Shown: one piece after another, positions 48,274-57,591 of the stretch
Position numbering within the stretch: position 1 is the first letter of the stretch
Layout of the letters: every line of letters begins with the position of its first letter
Assembly (NCBI GenBank): GCA_963727445.1
Contig: CAVSGI010000021.1
Span: 96,001-160,000 of the forward strand
Reading direction: 5' to 3'
From: an uncultured delta proteobacterium
GTDB taxonomy: Bacteria > Myxococcota_A > Polyangia > Polyangiales > B10-G4
DNA length: 64,000 bases
Translations under genes and position numbers: made by a program
Notes under the pieces: generated by a model
What the model saw: only the letters and a program-made list of their open reading frames with translations
The model's database searches: none
What the model was told of the DNA's origin: nothing

Positions 48274-49428
48274 ATGCATCTGCGCCTCGAGCGACGCGCC
48301 CCATGTCCGCCGGCGGTGGCCTTCGCGCTCCTGACGGAGCCCGACGCCATGAACCGGTGGTCGACGGCGAAGATCCATCTCGCGTCGGCGGGGGACGGCG
48401 GCCATCCGGCGGGCGTGGGAGCGCTGCGGAGGGTGGACCTGCCCGGTCTCGGTGGGCGCCTCCACGAGGTGGTGGCCGAGAGCGAGCCGCCGCATCGCTT
48501 CGTCTACCGCGTTTATCGCGGGCCCGGCATCCGCGCTCACCGCGGCGAGATGACCGTCGCCCAGACGAAAGAGGGCTCCTTTTTGACCTGGGAGGTGCGG
48601 GCCGATTTCGTGGCGCCCTTCGCGGGGATCGTCGCCAAGCAGATGCTCACGCGCGAGCTCGGCCGAAGCCTCGACACACTCGTCACCCTCGCGCCGTCGG
48701 GGGGGCCTTCACTGCTCCGCGCTCCGCCCGCGCGCGAACTCGACGAGACGCAGGCGCTGCCCGCGCTCTACGAGGAGGCGGAGCGTGTCCTCGAGGAGCA
48801 GCGGGCGCTCGCCGACGAGCTCCTCGCGGCGCGCGACCCTCGCGGCTGGTTCACGCGCTCCTATCAGCACGTGACGACGCTGCAGCTTCGCGAGTGCCGG
48901 CGCGGGCGTTTCCTTCATCCGGCGTGGGTGCTGAGGCTGGTGCCGGTCTTCCATCGCTATTACATGGACAGCCTCGGGCCGAGCCTGGGGCGCGGCGAGG
49001 GCGTGGTGGAAGACCACTGGCGCGAGGCCTTCGGGCGGATGCAGCGCGGCAAGGTGCGGCGGAGCACGCGCTATCAGGCCATGGCCCGCTGCACCCTCTA
49101 CGGGATGATCGCCCACATCGAGGAGGACCTGCCGCGCGCGCTCGCCGAGGTGTACCTCGCGCACTATCGCGGGCGCTGCGACTACGTCCGCTTCCGCGCC
49201 GACTACCTGGCGATGGAGCCGATCTTTCGCGAGGCGGGGGAGCGCTTGCTCCATGGCGAGCTGTCGCGGTGGCAGATCCCGCCGCCGACGCAGGTGCTGA
49301 TGGAGCTGCCGGTCGAGCTCCGCGCGGCGGTGATGGACCGCAAGCTCTACGACATCCCGAGAAATCGCGTGCGCGCGTTCGGGCGGGGTGAGCGGATGGT
49401 GCGCCTGGCAGAAGGAGCCGCCGCGTGA
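48274..49428 (+). CDS. SRPBCC/polyketide-cyclase domain fused to a DUF5995-like helical domain
   Basis: N-part GVGALRRV..LHEVV.ESEPPHRFVYRV. C-part F...Y..VT...F.HP.WV.RL...F...Y...GM.AHI..DLPRAL. Confidence 0.65.
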   Translation: MHLRLERRAPCPPAVAFALLTEPDAMNRWSTAKIHLASAGDGGHPAGVGALRRVDLPGLGGRLHEVVAESEPPHRFVYRVYRGPGIRAHRGEMTVAQTKEGSFLTWEVRADFVAPFAGIVAKQMLTRELGRSLDTLVTLAPSGGPSLLRAPPARELDETQALPALYEEAERVLEEQRALADELLAARDPRGWFTRSYQHVTTLQLRECRRGRFLHPAWVLRLVPVFHRYYMDSLGPSLGRGEGVVEDHWREAFGRMQRGKVRRSTRYQAMARCTLYGMIAHIEEDLPRALAEVYLAHYRGRCDYVRFRADYLAMEPIFREAGERLLHGELSRWQIPPPTQVLMELPVELRAAVMDRKLYDIPRNRVRAFGRGERMVRLAEGAAA

Positions 49429-51545
49429 CGCACGCTTTCTTCGCGACGGTCGCGCGCGGAGTGGAGGACGTCCTCGCCGAGGAACTCACGGAGCTCAAGC
49501 TGTCGGGGGTGGTGCAGCAGACGGGCGGCGTGAAGTTCTCGGGCGCGCTCTCGGATGCGTACCGCGCCTGTGCCGGATCGCGCGTGGCGAGCCGGGTGCT
49601 GCTTCAGCTGAAGAGCTTCGAAGCGGCGGATGCGGAGGCGCTGTATGCGGGTGCGCGCGCCATTCGGTGGGGGGAACACCTCGGGCCGGAGACCACCTTC
49701 GCGGTGTCGACGGCGGGCAGGGGCCCGGCGGGGCCCGGCAAGTTCGTGAGCTTGAAGGTCAAGGACGCGATCGTGGATGCGGTGCGCGACGCGGAGGGGA
49801 CACGCCCCGACGTCGACAAGACGTCGCCGGGCGTTCGGGTGCACGTGCATCTGGCGGGGAGCCGGGTGACGCTGAGCATCGACCTTTCGGGAGAGGCGTT
49901 GCATCGCCGCGGGGTGGGGCGCACCGGTGGGGCAGCGCCTTTGAAGGAGAACCTGGCGGCGGCGCTTCTGCGGATGGCTGGATGGCATCGGCGCGGGGAG
50001 GGAGAGCGCCTGCTGGTGGACCCGATGTGTGGCTCCGGGACCTTCCTGCTCGAGGCGGCGTGGATCGCCAGGGACGTTGCGCCGGGGCTCACGCGTGGGC
50101 TCGGCGCGCCGGGGTGGCGCGGGCACGATCGGGACGCGTGGGAGGAGGTGCTGCGCGAGGCGCGGGCACGGCGCGAGGCGGCGCGTGGGCGGGAAGTGGC
50201 GATCTTCGGCTTCGACACCTCGGCAGAGGCCGTGGGGCGGGCGCGCGACAATGCGATGAAGGCGGGCGTTGGCGACGTGGTGCGGGTGGAGCAGCGGGCG
50301 CTCGCGGATCTGGAGGCGCCCGAGGGCGGACCGGGGCTCTTCGTCGTCAATCCGCCTTACGGTGCGCGGCTGGGCGAGGCGGGCGAGCTGGGGCCGCTCT
50401 ACGCGCAGCTCGGGGACGTGCTCAAGCGTCGCTTTCCAAGGTGGTCGGCCTGGGTGCTCTCGGGGAACCGCGCGCTCGACAAGCGGATCGGCCTGCGCGC
50501 GGCGTCGAAGCGGGTGGTGATGAACGGGCCCATCGAGTGTCGTTTCCTGGAGCTGCCCATCGGCGACGCGGCGCCGGAGGGGGAGGGGCCCGGGTGGCGG
50601 AAGCCGAGCGCGGAAGCGGCCATGTTCGCAAATCGCCTGCGGAAGAACGGCAAGCGCCTCAGGCGCTGGGCGAAGAAGGAGCGGGTGACCGCGTACCGGC
50701 TCTACGACGCGGACATTCCGGAGTTCAACGTCGCGGTGGATTGGTACGAGGGCGCGGTGCGCGTCGAGGAGTACCGGCGGCCGAAGAAGATCGACGCGGC
50801 GGTGGCGGAGCGACGGCTTCGCGACGTGATGATGGTGGTGCCGGAGGTGCTCGGCGTGGAGCCGGCGGACGTGGTGCTGCGGGTGCGGAGCCGGGGGGAG
50901 CGGCAGGAGGAGCGGCGCGCGGAGACGGGCGCGCTTCGCGAGGTGCACGAGGGGGACCTCGTCTTTGTCGTGAACCTCGAGGACTACCTCGACACCGGGC
51001 TCTTCCTCGACGACCGGCTGATCCGGCGCCGCGTCCGCGACGGCGCATCGGGCAAGCGCTTCTTGAACCTCTTCAGCTACACCTGCGCCCCATCGGTCGC
51101 CGCGGCCGCGGGCGGCGCAGAGACCACGACCTCGGTCGATCTCTCGAAGCGCTATCTCGAGTGGGGGCGCCGCAACTTCGACGCGAACGGCCTCGCCGGG
51201 GGCGCTCATCGCTTCGTCCGCGCCGATGCGCTCGTCTGGCTCCGCGACGCCATCCACGGCCGCGACCGCTGGGATCGCATCCTCCTCGCGCCCCCGACTT
51301 TCTCGCGCAGCAAGTCCATGAAGGACGACTTCGACATCCAACGCGACCACGTCCGCCTCATCCGCGACGCCGCCGCTCTCCTCGCCCCCGGCGGCGAGCT
51401 CCTCTTCACCACCAACCTCCGCACCTTCACCCTCGACACCGACCGCCTCGAAGGCCTCCACCCCCAAGACCTCACCCACCCCCTCACCCCCGAAGACTTC
51501 CGCAAGTCCCCCCGCTTCCAAGCCTTCCTCCTAGCTCGCCCCTAA
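49425..51545 (+). CDS. rlmKL: Bifunctional 23S rRNA methyltransferase RlmKL
   Basis: THUMP domain, APLKENLAAA, DPMCGSGT, NPPYG, MFANRLRKN, YRLYDADIPE, YLDTGLFLD, FLNLFSYT, PPTFS. Confidence 0.93.
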   Translation: MTHAFFATVARGVEDVLAEELTELKLSGVVQQTGGVKFSGALSDAYRACAGSRVASRVLLQLKSFEAADAEALYAGARAIRWGEHLGPETTFAVSTAGRGPAGPGKFVSLKVKDAIVDAVRDAEGTRPDVDKTSPGVRVHVHLAGSRVTLSIDLSGEALHRRGVGRTGGAAPLKENLAAALLRMAGWHRRGEGERLLVDPMCGSGTFLLEAAWIARDVAPGLTRGLGAPGWRGHDRDAWEEVLREARARREAARGREVAIFGFDTSAEAVGRARDNAMKAGVGDVVRVEQRALADLEAPEGGPGLFVVNPPYGARLGEAGELGPLYAQLGDVLKRRFPRWSAWVLSGNRALDKRIGLRAASKRVVMNGPIECRFLELPIGDAAPEGEGPGWRKPSAEAAMFANRLRKNGKRLRRWAKKERVTAYRLYDADIPEFNVAVDWYEGAVRVEEYRRPKKIDAAVAERRLRDVMMVVPEVLGVEPADVVLRVRSRGERQEERRAETGALREVHEGDLVFVVNLEDYLDTGLFLDDRLIRRRVRDGASGKRFLNLFSYTCAPSVAAAAGGAETTTSVDLSKRYLEWGRRNFDANGLAGGAHRFVRADALVWLRDAIHGRDRWDRILLAPPTFSRSKSMKDDFDIQRDHVRLIRDAAALLAPGGELLFTTNLRTFTLDTDRLEGLHPQDLTHPLTPEDFRKSPRFQAFLLARP

Positions 51546-51861
51546 GGGGGACGGTCTACACTTTTCAACTCTTGCGGTCGCGGTCTGCCCTTGGGGACGG
51601 TCTGCCCTCGGGGACGGTCTACACTTTTCAACTTTTGCGGGCGCGGGCTGCGTGGTGGAGCCGCCAAGGGGGAGCAAAAGTTGAAAAGTGTAGACCGTCC
51701 CCTTAGTCGGGCTGTTTCAACTTTTGCGGGCGCGGGCTGCGTGGTGGAGCCGCCAAGGGGGAGCAAAAGTTGAAAAGTGTAGACCGTCCCCTTAGTCGGG
51801 CTGCGTGTGGTGGAGCCGCCAAGGGGGAACAAAAGTTGAAAGGTGTAGACCGTCCCCTTAG
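51543..51861. repeat. REP/REPIN-like inverted repeat cluster
   Basis: 29-bp arm GGGGACGGTCTACACTTTTCAACTTTTGC at 51547 and 51610 (partial at 51593 and about 51715). Reverse-complement arms end at 51702, 51791 and 51857, each followed by TTAG. Confidence 0.9.
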
Positions 51862-52700
51862 TGCGGCCAGAAGCGGGGGAGGAGCTCAGCGTCTTCGGGG
51901 ACGTGGGAGGCGGGGATCCAGCGCCAGTAGGGGCCTCGGTCGTTGCATACGTCGCGTTGGTCGGGGGCGCAGTAGATGCGGACGTGGAAATGGTCGTCGT
52001 GGCGGGCGACGCCTTCGGGCGGAACCATCGTCCACTCGGCGCGCTCCACGATCTCCGGATCGACGTGCTGCTGCCGCGCCCAACGCACGAGCCGCCGCCG
52101 CAAGCGCGACGAGATGAAGATCATCTGCACAGGCGTCTCGCGATCCGTCACCAGCGCCTCGATGAACGCCCAGTTGCGCGCGAGATCGAAGGTCACCCGC
52201 TTCTCTCCGTCGCCACCGAAGCCCCGGCCGTTGATCCGCACGAAGTGATCCGGTTCGACCGCGTTGCCCTCGTCGTCCACCAGATAGAAGCCCACGTCGA
52301 CGTCGCGCCCGTTCTCGTGCGAGCGATGCCCGACGACGTCACCGCCGCCCTCCTGGCTCAGCTCGCCGATGTTGAGCCGCGCCGGCCCGCGCACCTCGGC
52401 GACCCGCCGCGCGGCCCGCCGCAAGAGTCCGACGAGCCCGGGCGTCCCGAAGTGACGCCCGTCCTCCGCGAAGCGCTCGACGTGATGGACGTAGTCCGAC
52501 TCGTCCAGACGAACGCCCCCCTCGAGATGCCCGCGGTAGACCCAGCCCACCGAGCGAGCCGCCCGCATGTCGGCGGTGCGCACCGGTCCCGCGATGACGT
52601 CCGGCCCCGGTGCGACGGGTTCATCACCGTACGCGGAGGGGGCGGCGAGACCGAGGACGAGGATCGTCACCAAGCTCCAGACCGCCCTCCTCACTCGCAT
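51858..52700 (-). CDS. Penicillin-insensitive murein endopeptidase (MepA-like)
   Basis: Signal peptide, G.L.GG..L, IGELSQEGGG...HRSHENGRDVD, HDDHFHVRIYC. Confidence 0.85.
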   Translation of the reverse strand: MRVRRAVWSLVTILVLGLAAPSAYGDEPVAPGPDVIAGPVRTADMRAARSVGWVYRGHLEGGVRLDESDYVHHVERFAEDGRHFGTPGLVGLLRRAARRVAEVRGPARLNIGELSQEGGGDVVGHRSHENGRDVDVGFYLVDDEGNAVEPDHFVRINGRGFGGDGEKRVTFDLARNWAFIEALVTDRETPVQMIFISSRLRRRLVRWARQQHVDPEIVERAEWTMVPPEGVARHDDHFHVRIYCAPDQRDVCNDRGPYWRWIPASHVPEDAELLPRFWPH

Positions 52701-52858
52701 CACCCCCATCTTGGCCGGAGCCCGCCGACCGGGCAAGTCCCCGACCAAACTGCGCAATCTCCGAACCCGACCCGCCGACCCCTCCCTTCCACCGCTGCCG
52801 AAGAGGCGCCGGTGTAAGCCCAGGCGCCCCACCGCGTTGTCTCCGCGGAGGTGCGTTG

Positions 52859-53806
52859 ATGCTTCGGTGCTCGGGACTCGTCTCATTCGTCATTTTCACC
52901 GCGTTGCCCGCGGTCGCAGCCGCCCAGGGCGGCGCCGACGTGGACGTCGACGTCGATGTCGAGGTCGTCGCCACCGGAGGCACCGGCCCCGCCGACCGAG
53001 CCGAAGGCGTCCAGGTCATCCGAGAAGGGGACGGTGGCGACCCGACGGAGCCCCGCATCCTCACCGTCCGCCAGCCGCCGCGCGAGCCCGGCCCCGCCGA
53101 GCTCACCGTCTACCAGCCGCCCCCCGAGCCCGACGTCATCGTCGTCGAAGCCATCCCCCTGCCTGCCCAGCCCTACGGTGACCCCGAGCCCGCCGAGCCA
53201 GCGCCAGAGGCCGCCATCGCCTGGATGCGCTGGGGCGTCTTCATGGAAGAGCTCTCCCTCGGTAGCCTCGGCCTCGCCTTCGACCACCCCGAGGTCAACG
53301 CCATCGACGGCGCCACCGTCCCCCTCGCCGAGCCTTGGGGCTCACCCCTCGTCGGCGGCTTCAACTTCGGCTCCGGCGCGCGTCCGCTCCCCTGGCTGCG
53401 TCTGCCCGAGATCTCCCTGAGCATCGGCGGGGGCTCCGCCGACGGCGCCTGGGTCGCCATGACCGACGGCTCCGGCGACTTCCAAGCGCGCCTCACCTCC
53501 ATGCTCCTGCTCCGCGCCGAGGTCGCCGGCGGTGTCGAGCTCGACCTCGGCCCCATCCGCCCCTTCGCCCTCGGCCGCATCGGCGTCGCCGGCTACTTCG
53601 TCGACGCCGACATCCGTCACGCGGAGCTCGGCGACCTCGGCACCGAGACGCTCAGCACGGCGGCCTTCGAGACCGGCTTCGACGTAGGGCTCGCCATCCG
53701 CATCGCCGACAACTTCCACGTCACCGCCCAGTGGCGCGAGACCTTCGGCGACGCCCGCTGGCGCGGCGCGATGATCGGCATCTCCGGCGGCATCCCCGGC
53801 GACTGA
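52859..53806 (+). CDS. Secreted protein, probable outer-membrane beta-barrel
   Basis: Signal peptide, Pro-rich linker, alternating amphipathic beta strands (RPFALGRIGVAGYFV, GFDVGLAIRI). Confidence 0.6.
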   Translation: MLRCSGLVSFVIFTALPAVAAAQGGADVDVDVDVEVVATGGTGPADRAEGVQVIREGDGGDPTEPRILTVRQPPREPGPAELTVYQPPPEPDVIVVEAIPLPAQPYGDPEPAEPAPEAAIAWMRWGVFMEELSLGSLGLAFDHPEVNAIDGATVPLAEPWGSPLVGGFNFGSGARPLPWLRLPEISLSIGGGSADGAWVAMTDGSGDFQARLTSMLLLRAEVAGGVELDLGPIRPFALGRIGVAGYFVDADIRHAELGDLGTETLSTAAFETGFDVGLAIRIADNFHVTAQWRETFGDARWRGAMIGISGGIPGD

Positions 53807-53864
53807 GCCCGTCGACTGCCGTACGGGCGTCGAGCCGCGGGTCCGAAGGCGCTATGCTCCGCCC

Positions 53865-54176
53865 ATGGACGAACAAACGCGCACTCGCGTCGAAGCCGCC
53901 GTCTTCCGCCGCCTCGTCTCGCACTTCCAGGCGCATCCCGAGGTGCAGAACATCGAGCTGATGGTGCTCGCCGACTTCTGCCGCAACTGCCTGAGCAAGT
54001 GGTACCGCGCGGCCGCGGAAGAAGAGGGCGTGTCCCTCGAGGACCTCGAAGCGCGCGAGATCATCTACGGCATGCCCTACGCCGACTGGAAGGCGAAGTA
54101 CCAGAAGGAAGCGACGCCGGAGCAGAAGGCCGCCTATGACGCGCGCCAGGCGAAGAAGGCAGCGGCGAAGAGCTGA
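53865..54176 (+). CDS. DUF1244 family protein
   Basis: EAAVFRRLVSH...VQNIELM.LA.FCRNCLSKWY...YGMPYADWKAKYQ. Confidence 0.9.
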   Translation: MDEQTRTRVEAAVFRRLVSHFQAHPEVQNIELMVLADFCRNCLSKWYRAAAEEEGVSLEDLEAREIIYGMPYADWKAKYQKEATPEQKAAYDARQAKKAAAKS

Positions 54177-54179
54177 TGC

Positions 54180-54836
54180 TCAGACGCCGGTCGCGTCCGG
54201 CGGCCAGACGTGCTTGTGCATCTGGAGCTGAAAGCGCACCGGCAGCCCGTCCTCGAGGATCCACGCGACGAGCGCCTTCGGGTCGAGCGCGCCGTGAACC
54301 GGCGACAGCAGCACCGCGTTCACCTTCTCGTCGAGCCTTAGCGCGCGCACCTTCTGTCGCGCCCACTCGTAGTCACCGCGATCCTGAATCACGATCTTCA
54401 CCTCGTCGCGATCCGTCAGGAGCGCCACGTTCGCCCAGCGGTTCCTCTCGCTCTCCCCCGAGGCCGGCGCCTTGAGGTCGACGATGCGATGCACTCGCGG
54501 GTCGATCCCCGCGATGTCCCGCTCCCCGCTCGTCTCCACCAGCACCGTCCGCCCCGCTTCGCAGAGCTCGTGCATCAGCGCCCGCGCCCCCGGCTGTAGG
54601 AGCGGCTCCCCGCCCGTGAGCTCGACCAGCTCGGTCCCGTGCCCCAGCGCCGCTTCGAGCACCGCCGCCCGAGTCATTCGCTCGCCCTCGTAGAAGGCGT
54701 GGGGCGTGTCGCACCAGCTGCAGCGCAGGTTGCAGCCCGTGAGGCGAACGAAGGTGCAAGGCAGCCCCGCGAACGTCGACTCGCCCTGAATCGACGCGTA
54801 GATCTCGTGCACGACGAGGCTGTCTTCCTTCGCCAT
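54180..54836 (-). CDS. queE: 7-carboxy-7-deazaguanine synthase (radical SAM)
   Basis: EIYASIQGES, FVRLTGCNLRCSWCDT, TGGEPLLQ, RFQLQMHK. Real start is MAKEDS, because the longer ORF reads through the MITE. Confidence 0.9.
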   Translation of the reverse strand: MAKEDSLVVHEIYASIQGESTFAGLPCTFVRLTGCNLRCSWCDTPHAFYEGERMTRAAVLEAALGHGTELVELTGGEPLLQPGARALMHELCEAGRTVLVETSGERDIAGIDPRVHRIVDLKAPASGESERNRWANVALLTDRDEVKIVIQDRGDYEWARQKVRALRLDEKVNAVLLSPVHGALDPKALVAWILEDGLPVRFQLQMHKHVWPPDATGV

Positions 54837-54847
54837 CGCCGGGCAGC

Positions 54848-55012
54848 TTAGTGCCTGCTCCAATGACATAGAAGGGTTCTCGCTCGTTCGTCGGCCGCCT
54901 CGCGGCGTCGACAAACCTCGAATGTGCGCTGCACATCCTTCGGTTTCCCTCCTTGCGACGCGACCGACGCTCGGCGCGATCATCCGCCGCCACCCTAGTC
55001 AAGTAGTGCTAG
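54848..55012. mobile_element. 165-bp MITE-like element, copy 2 (inverted relative to copy 1)
   Basis: About 8 mismatches in 134 nt against the reverse complement of 19308-19472. Same total length, bounded by TTAG/CTAG, one terminal repeat decayed. Confidence 0.8.
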
Positions 55013-56448
55013 TCCTCGGCGACGCCCTCGGCACGCGACTCGAAGACACTGACGATCAGATACGCCACCGCGCTCATGGCCGCGGCGGTCAGGCCCACCG
55101 GCGTGCCGAGCTGGAAGAAGGTCTCGAAGCCCAGGATGACGTGGGGGAGCCAGACGGCGACCCCGACCGCCATCGACACCAGCGCCGCCTTCTCGCCGCC
55201 GCGCTCGGTGAAGAGGCCGAAGGTGAGGGGCACGAAGAGCCCCACCAGGCCGATCTCGTACGCGGTCTCGAGCAGCCCGTAGGCGTCCTCGCCCAGGTAC
55301 GCCATCGTGAGGCTCGCGAGGGTGACCAGCACCACGCTGATCTCCTGCAGGCGGAGGCTGTCGGTGCGATGGTGGGGGAGTCGGCCGAGGATGTTCTGTC
55401 CGAGCACGGTGGCCGGGCTGAGGATCGCGCTGTCGATGGTGGACAGCACCGCCGAGAGGATCGCCAGAAGGAAGATGACGGCGAGCGGCTTGGAGAGGAA
55501 GAGACTCGCCATCAGCGGGATGATCGCCTCCTGGTGATCGGGCGCGAGGATGTTCCCTGCGAGTCCGATGGCGAGGGGCACCATGCCCACGGCGAGGTAG
55601 ACCACGCCCGCCACCACGCAGGCGGCTGCTGCGACTTTGGCTGACTTCGCCGAGAAGATGCGCTGCGCGACGTCCTGACCGGGGATGTTGCCGAGGGAGC
55701 CTGCGGCGAAGACGCCGAGCCAACCCCAGAGCACGAGGAGCGACTCGGTGGGGATGGGCGTGAGCATCTCCTTGGGCGTCTCCTCGACAAGCCGCGATAC
55801 GCCCCCGCCGAAGCTCCCGTCGCCCAGCTCGACGAACACCACCACGCCCAGGATCACCAGACCCAGGATGATCAGCGCGACCTGCACCGCGTCGGTGAGC
55901 GTCACCGACCACATCCCGCCCAGCAGCGTGTAGCCCGCGCCGACGAAGGCGACGAGTGCGATGCCCAGGTTCGGATCGATCCCGAAGAAGAGATCGAGCA
56001 CGCTGGCGAGCGCGACGAACTGCGCCGCGATCCAGCCGAAGTAGCCGGGGATCATCACGATCGCGGCGGTGACCTCGGTCTTGTTGCCGAAGCGCCGCTG
56101 GTAGAAGTCGGCGAGGGTGAGCAGCTTCATCCGCCACAGCGGCCCCGCGTAGAAAAGCCCCGCGAGGATCAGACACGCGCCCGCGCCGAACGGATCGAGG
56201 GCGGCCATCCTCAGGCCGCCGGTCCGCACCTCGTCGGTGGCCGTGAGCAACGTCCCGGCGCCGAACCACGTGGCGAAGATCGTGGCCCATGCGAGAGAGA
56301 GCGGCAGGCGCCGTCCAGCGACGACGTAGTCTTCTGCCGAGTGGATCTTCCCACGTGCCCAGAAGCTCAGCCCGAAGGCGGCGATGACGTAGACCACGAG
56401 GGTGATCCCCAGAACGGGCGCGAGGTCTCGGACGGTCTCGGGGAGCAT
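55009..56448 (-). CDS. Sodium:solute symporter family protein
   Basis: [54 protein letters not shown], about 13 TM helices. Confidence 0.92.
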   Translation of the reverse strand: MLPETVRDLAPVLGITLVVYVIAAFGLSFWARGKIHSAEDYVVAGRRLPLSLAWATIFATWFGAGTLLTATDEVRTGGLRMAALDPFGAGACLILAGLFYAGPLWRMKLLTLADFYQRRFGNKTEVTAAIVMIPGYFGWIAAQFVALASVLDLFFGIDPNLGIALVAFVGAGYTLLGGMWSVTLTDAVQVALIILGLVILGVVVFVELGDGSFGGGVSRLVEETPKEMLTPIPTESLLVLWGWLGVFAAGSLGNIPGQDVAQRIFSAKSAKVAAAACVVAGVVYLAVGMVPLAIGLAGNILAPDHQEAIIPLMASLFLSKPLAVIFLLAILSAVLSTIDSAILSPATVLGQNILGRLPHHRTDSLRLQEISVVLVTLASLTMAYLGEDAYGLLETAYEIGLVGLFVPLTFGLFTERGGEKAALVSMAVGVAVWLPHVILGFETFFQLGTPVGLTAAAMSAVAYLIVSVFESRAEGVAED

Positions 56449-56449
56449 G

Positions 56450-57553
56450 TCAGTTGAGCAGGATGGCGCCCGCCACGATGAGGCAGAGGATTCCCACGAC
56501 GATGATCAGCGCGACGAGCATTCCGCTGCGCTTCGGACGCTCGAGCTCGACATCGTCGAGGAGGTCCTCCACGTCGACCGGCGCCGGCGCGGGCGGCGGC
56601 CCCGAAGGCGGCCGAATCGAGTCGACCAGAGGCTTGCGTTCGGGGAAGAGCTCGCGCACCAGCGTCTCGATGGTGTCGGCGCTCGGGAGCGCGGCGCGCG
56701 TTTCGAGCGCCGCGAGGATCGCGTTTCGCATCTCGCCCGCGCTCTGAAACCGTTGCTCTTTCCGAGGGGCGCACGCGCGTTGGATGACCGCGTCGAGCTC
56801 CGGAGGGACCGCCGGGTTGATCTCCGCCGCTCGGGGCGGCCCGCGGAACGCGTTGATGTTGGCGATGGTCTCGGCGGCTGTCTCCTGATCGAAGAGCGCC
56901 CTGTTGGTGAACGCTTCGTACAGGCACAGGCCGAGCGCGAAGACGTCCGTGCGCGCGTCCACGTCTCCCGTGAGCTGCTCGGGCGCGAGATAGCCGAACT
57001 TGCCCTTCACGTACCCCGGCTGCGTCTTGGCGAGCTGGGTCCGCGCCTTGGCCATCCCGAAGTCGAGGAGCTTCACGCGCCCCCGGAGATCGATCATCAC
57101 GTTCGGTGGGCTCACGTCCCGATGCACCACGCCCATGAAGCGCCCTTGCTCGTCACGCAGGCGATGGGCGTAGTCGAGGGCGCTGGCGATGTCGGCGATG
57201 ATCCGCGCGGCGATGGGAACCGGGATGCCGCCGCGGCCCGCGGCGCGCGCGATGAGCTGCTTGAGCGACACGCCATCCACCCACTCCATCGCGATGTAGA
57301 AGTGCTCGCCGTCTTCGCCGACGGCGTAGACCTGACAGACGTTGGGGTGGCTGAGATGGCGCGCGAGGCGGCCCTCGTCGAGGAACATGTGGATGAAGAG
57401 CGGGTCCGCCTTGGCCTGCGGCAACAGGCGTTTGAGCGCGGCGACGCCTCTTCCACGAGGCGTGGGGCCTTCGGAGAGGAAGATCTCTCCCATCCCTCCC
57501 GCTTCGACCCAGCGCTTCAGCGTGTACGGGCCGCAGGTTCCCAGCTCGGCCAT
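56450..57553 (-). CDS. Ser/Thr protein kinase with C-terminal TM
   Basis: [37 protein letters not shown]. Confidence 0.92.
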   Translation of the reverse strand: MAELGTCGPYTLKRWVEAGGMGEIFLSEGPTPRGRGVAALKRLLPQAKADPLFIHMFLDEGRLARHLSHPNVCQVYAVGEDGEHFYIAMEWVDGVSLKQLIARAAGRGGIPVPIAARIIADIASALDYAHRLRDEQGRFMGVVHRDVSPPNVMIDLRGRVKLLDFGMAKARTQLAKTQPGYVKGKFGYLAPEQLTGDVDARTDVFALGLCLYEAFTNRALFDQETAAETIANINAFRGPPRAAEINPAVPPELDAVIQRACAPRKEQRFQSAGEMRNAILAALETRAALPSADTIETLVRELFPERKPLVDSIRPPSGPPPAPAPVDVEDLLDDVELERPKRSGMLVALIIVVGILCLIVAGAILLN

Positions 57554-57591
57554 CGGCGCTGCATCCTACAACATTCGGGGAACAGCCTCGC

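Noticed and set aside
51543..51861. CRISPR or small ORFs in the repeat cluster
   Set aside because: The repeats occur in both orientations and the spacers are copies of each other.
54848..55012. preQ1 riboswitch upstream of queE
   Set aside because: No preQ1 consensus was recognised, and the same element lies upstream of an unrelated GGDEF gene and has terminal inverted repeats.
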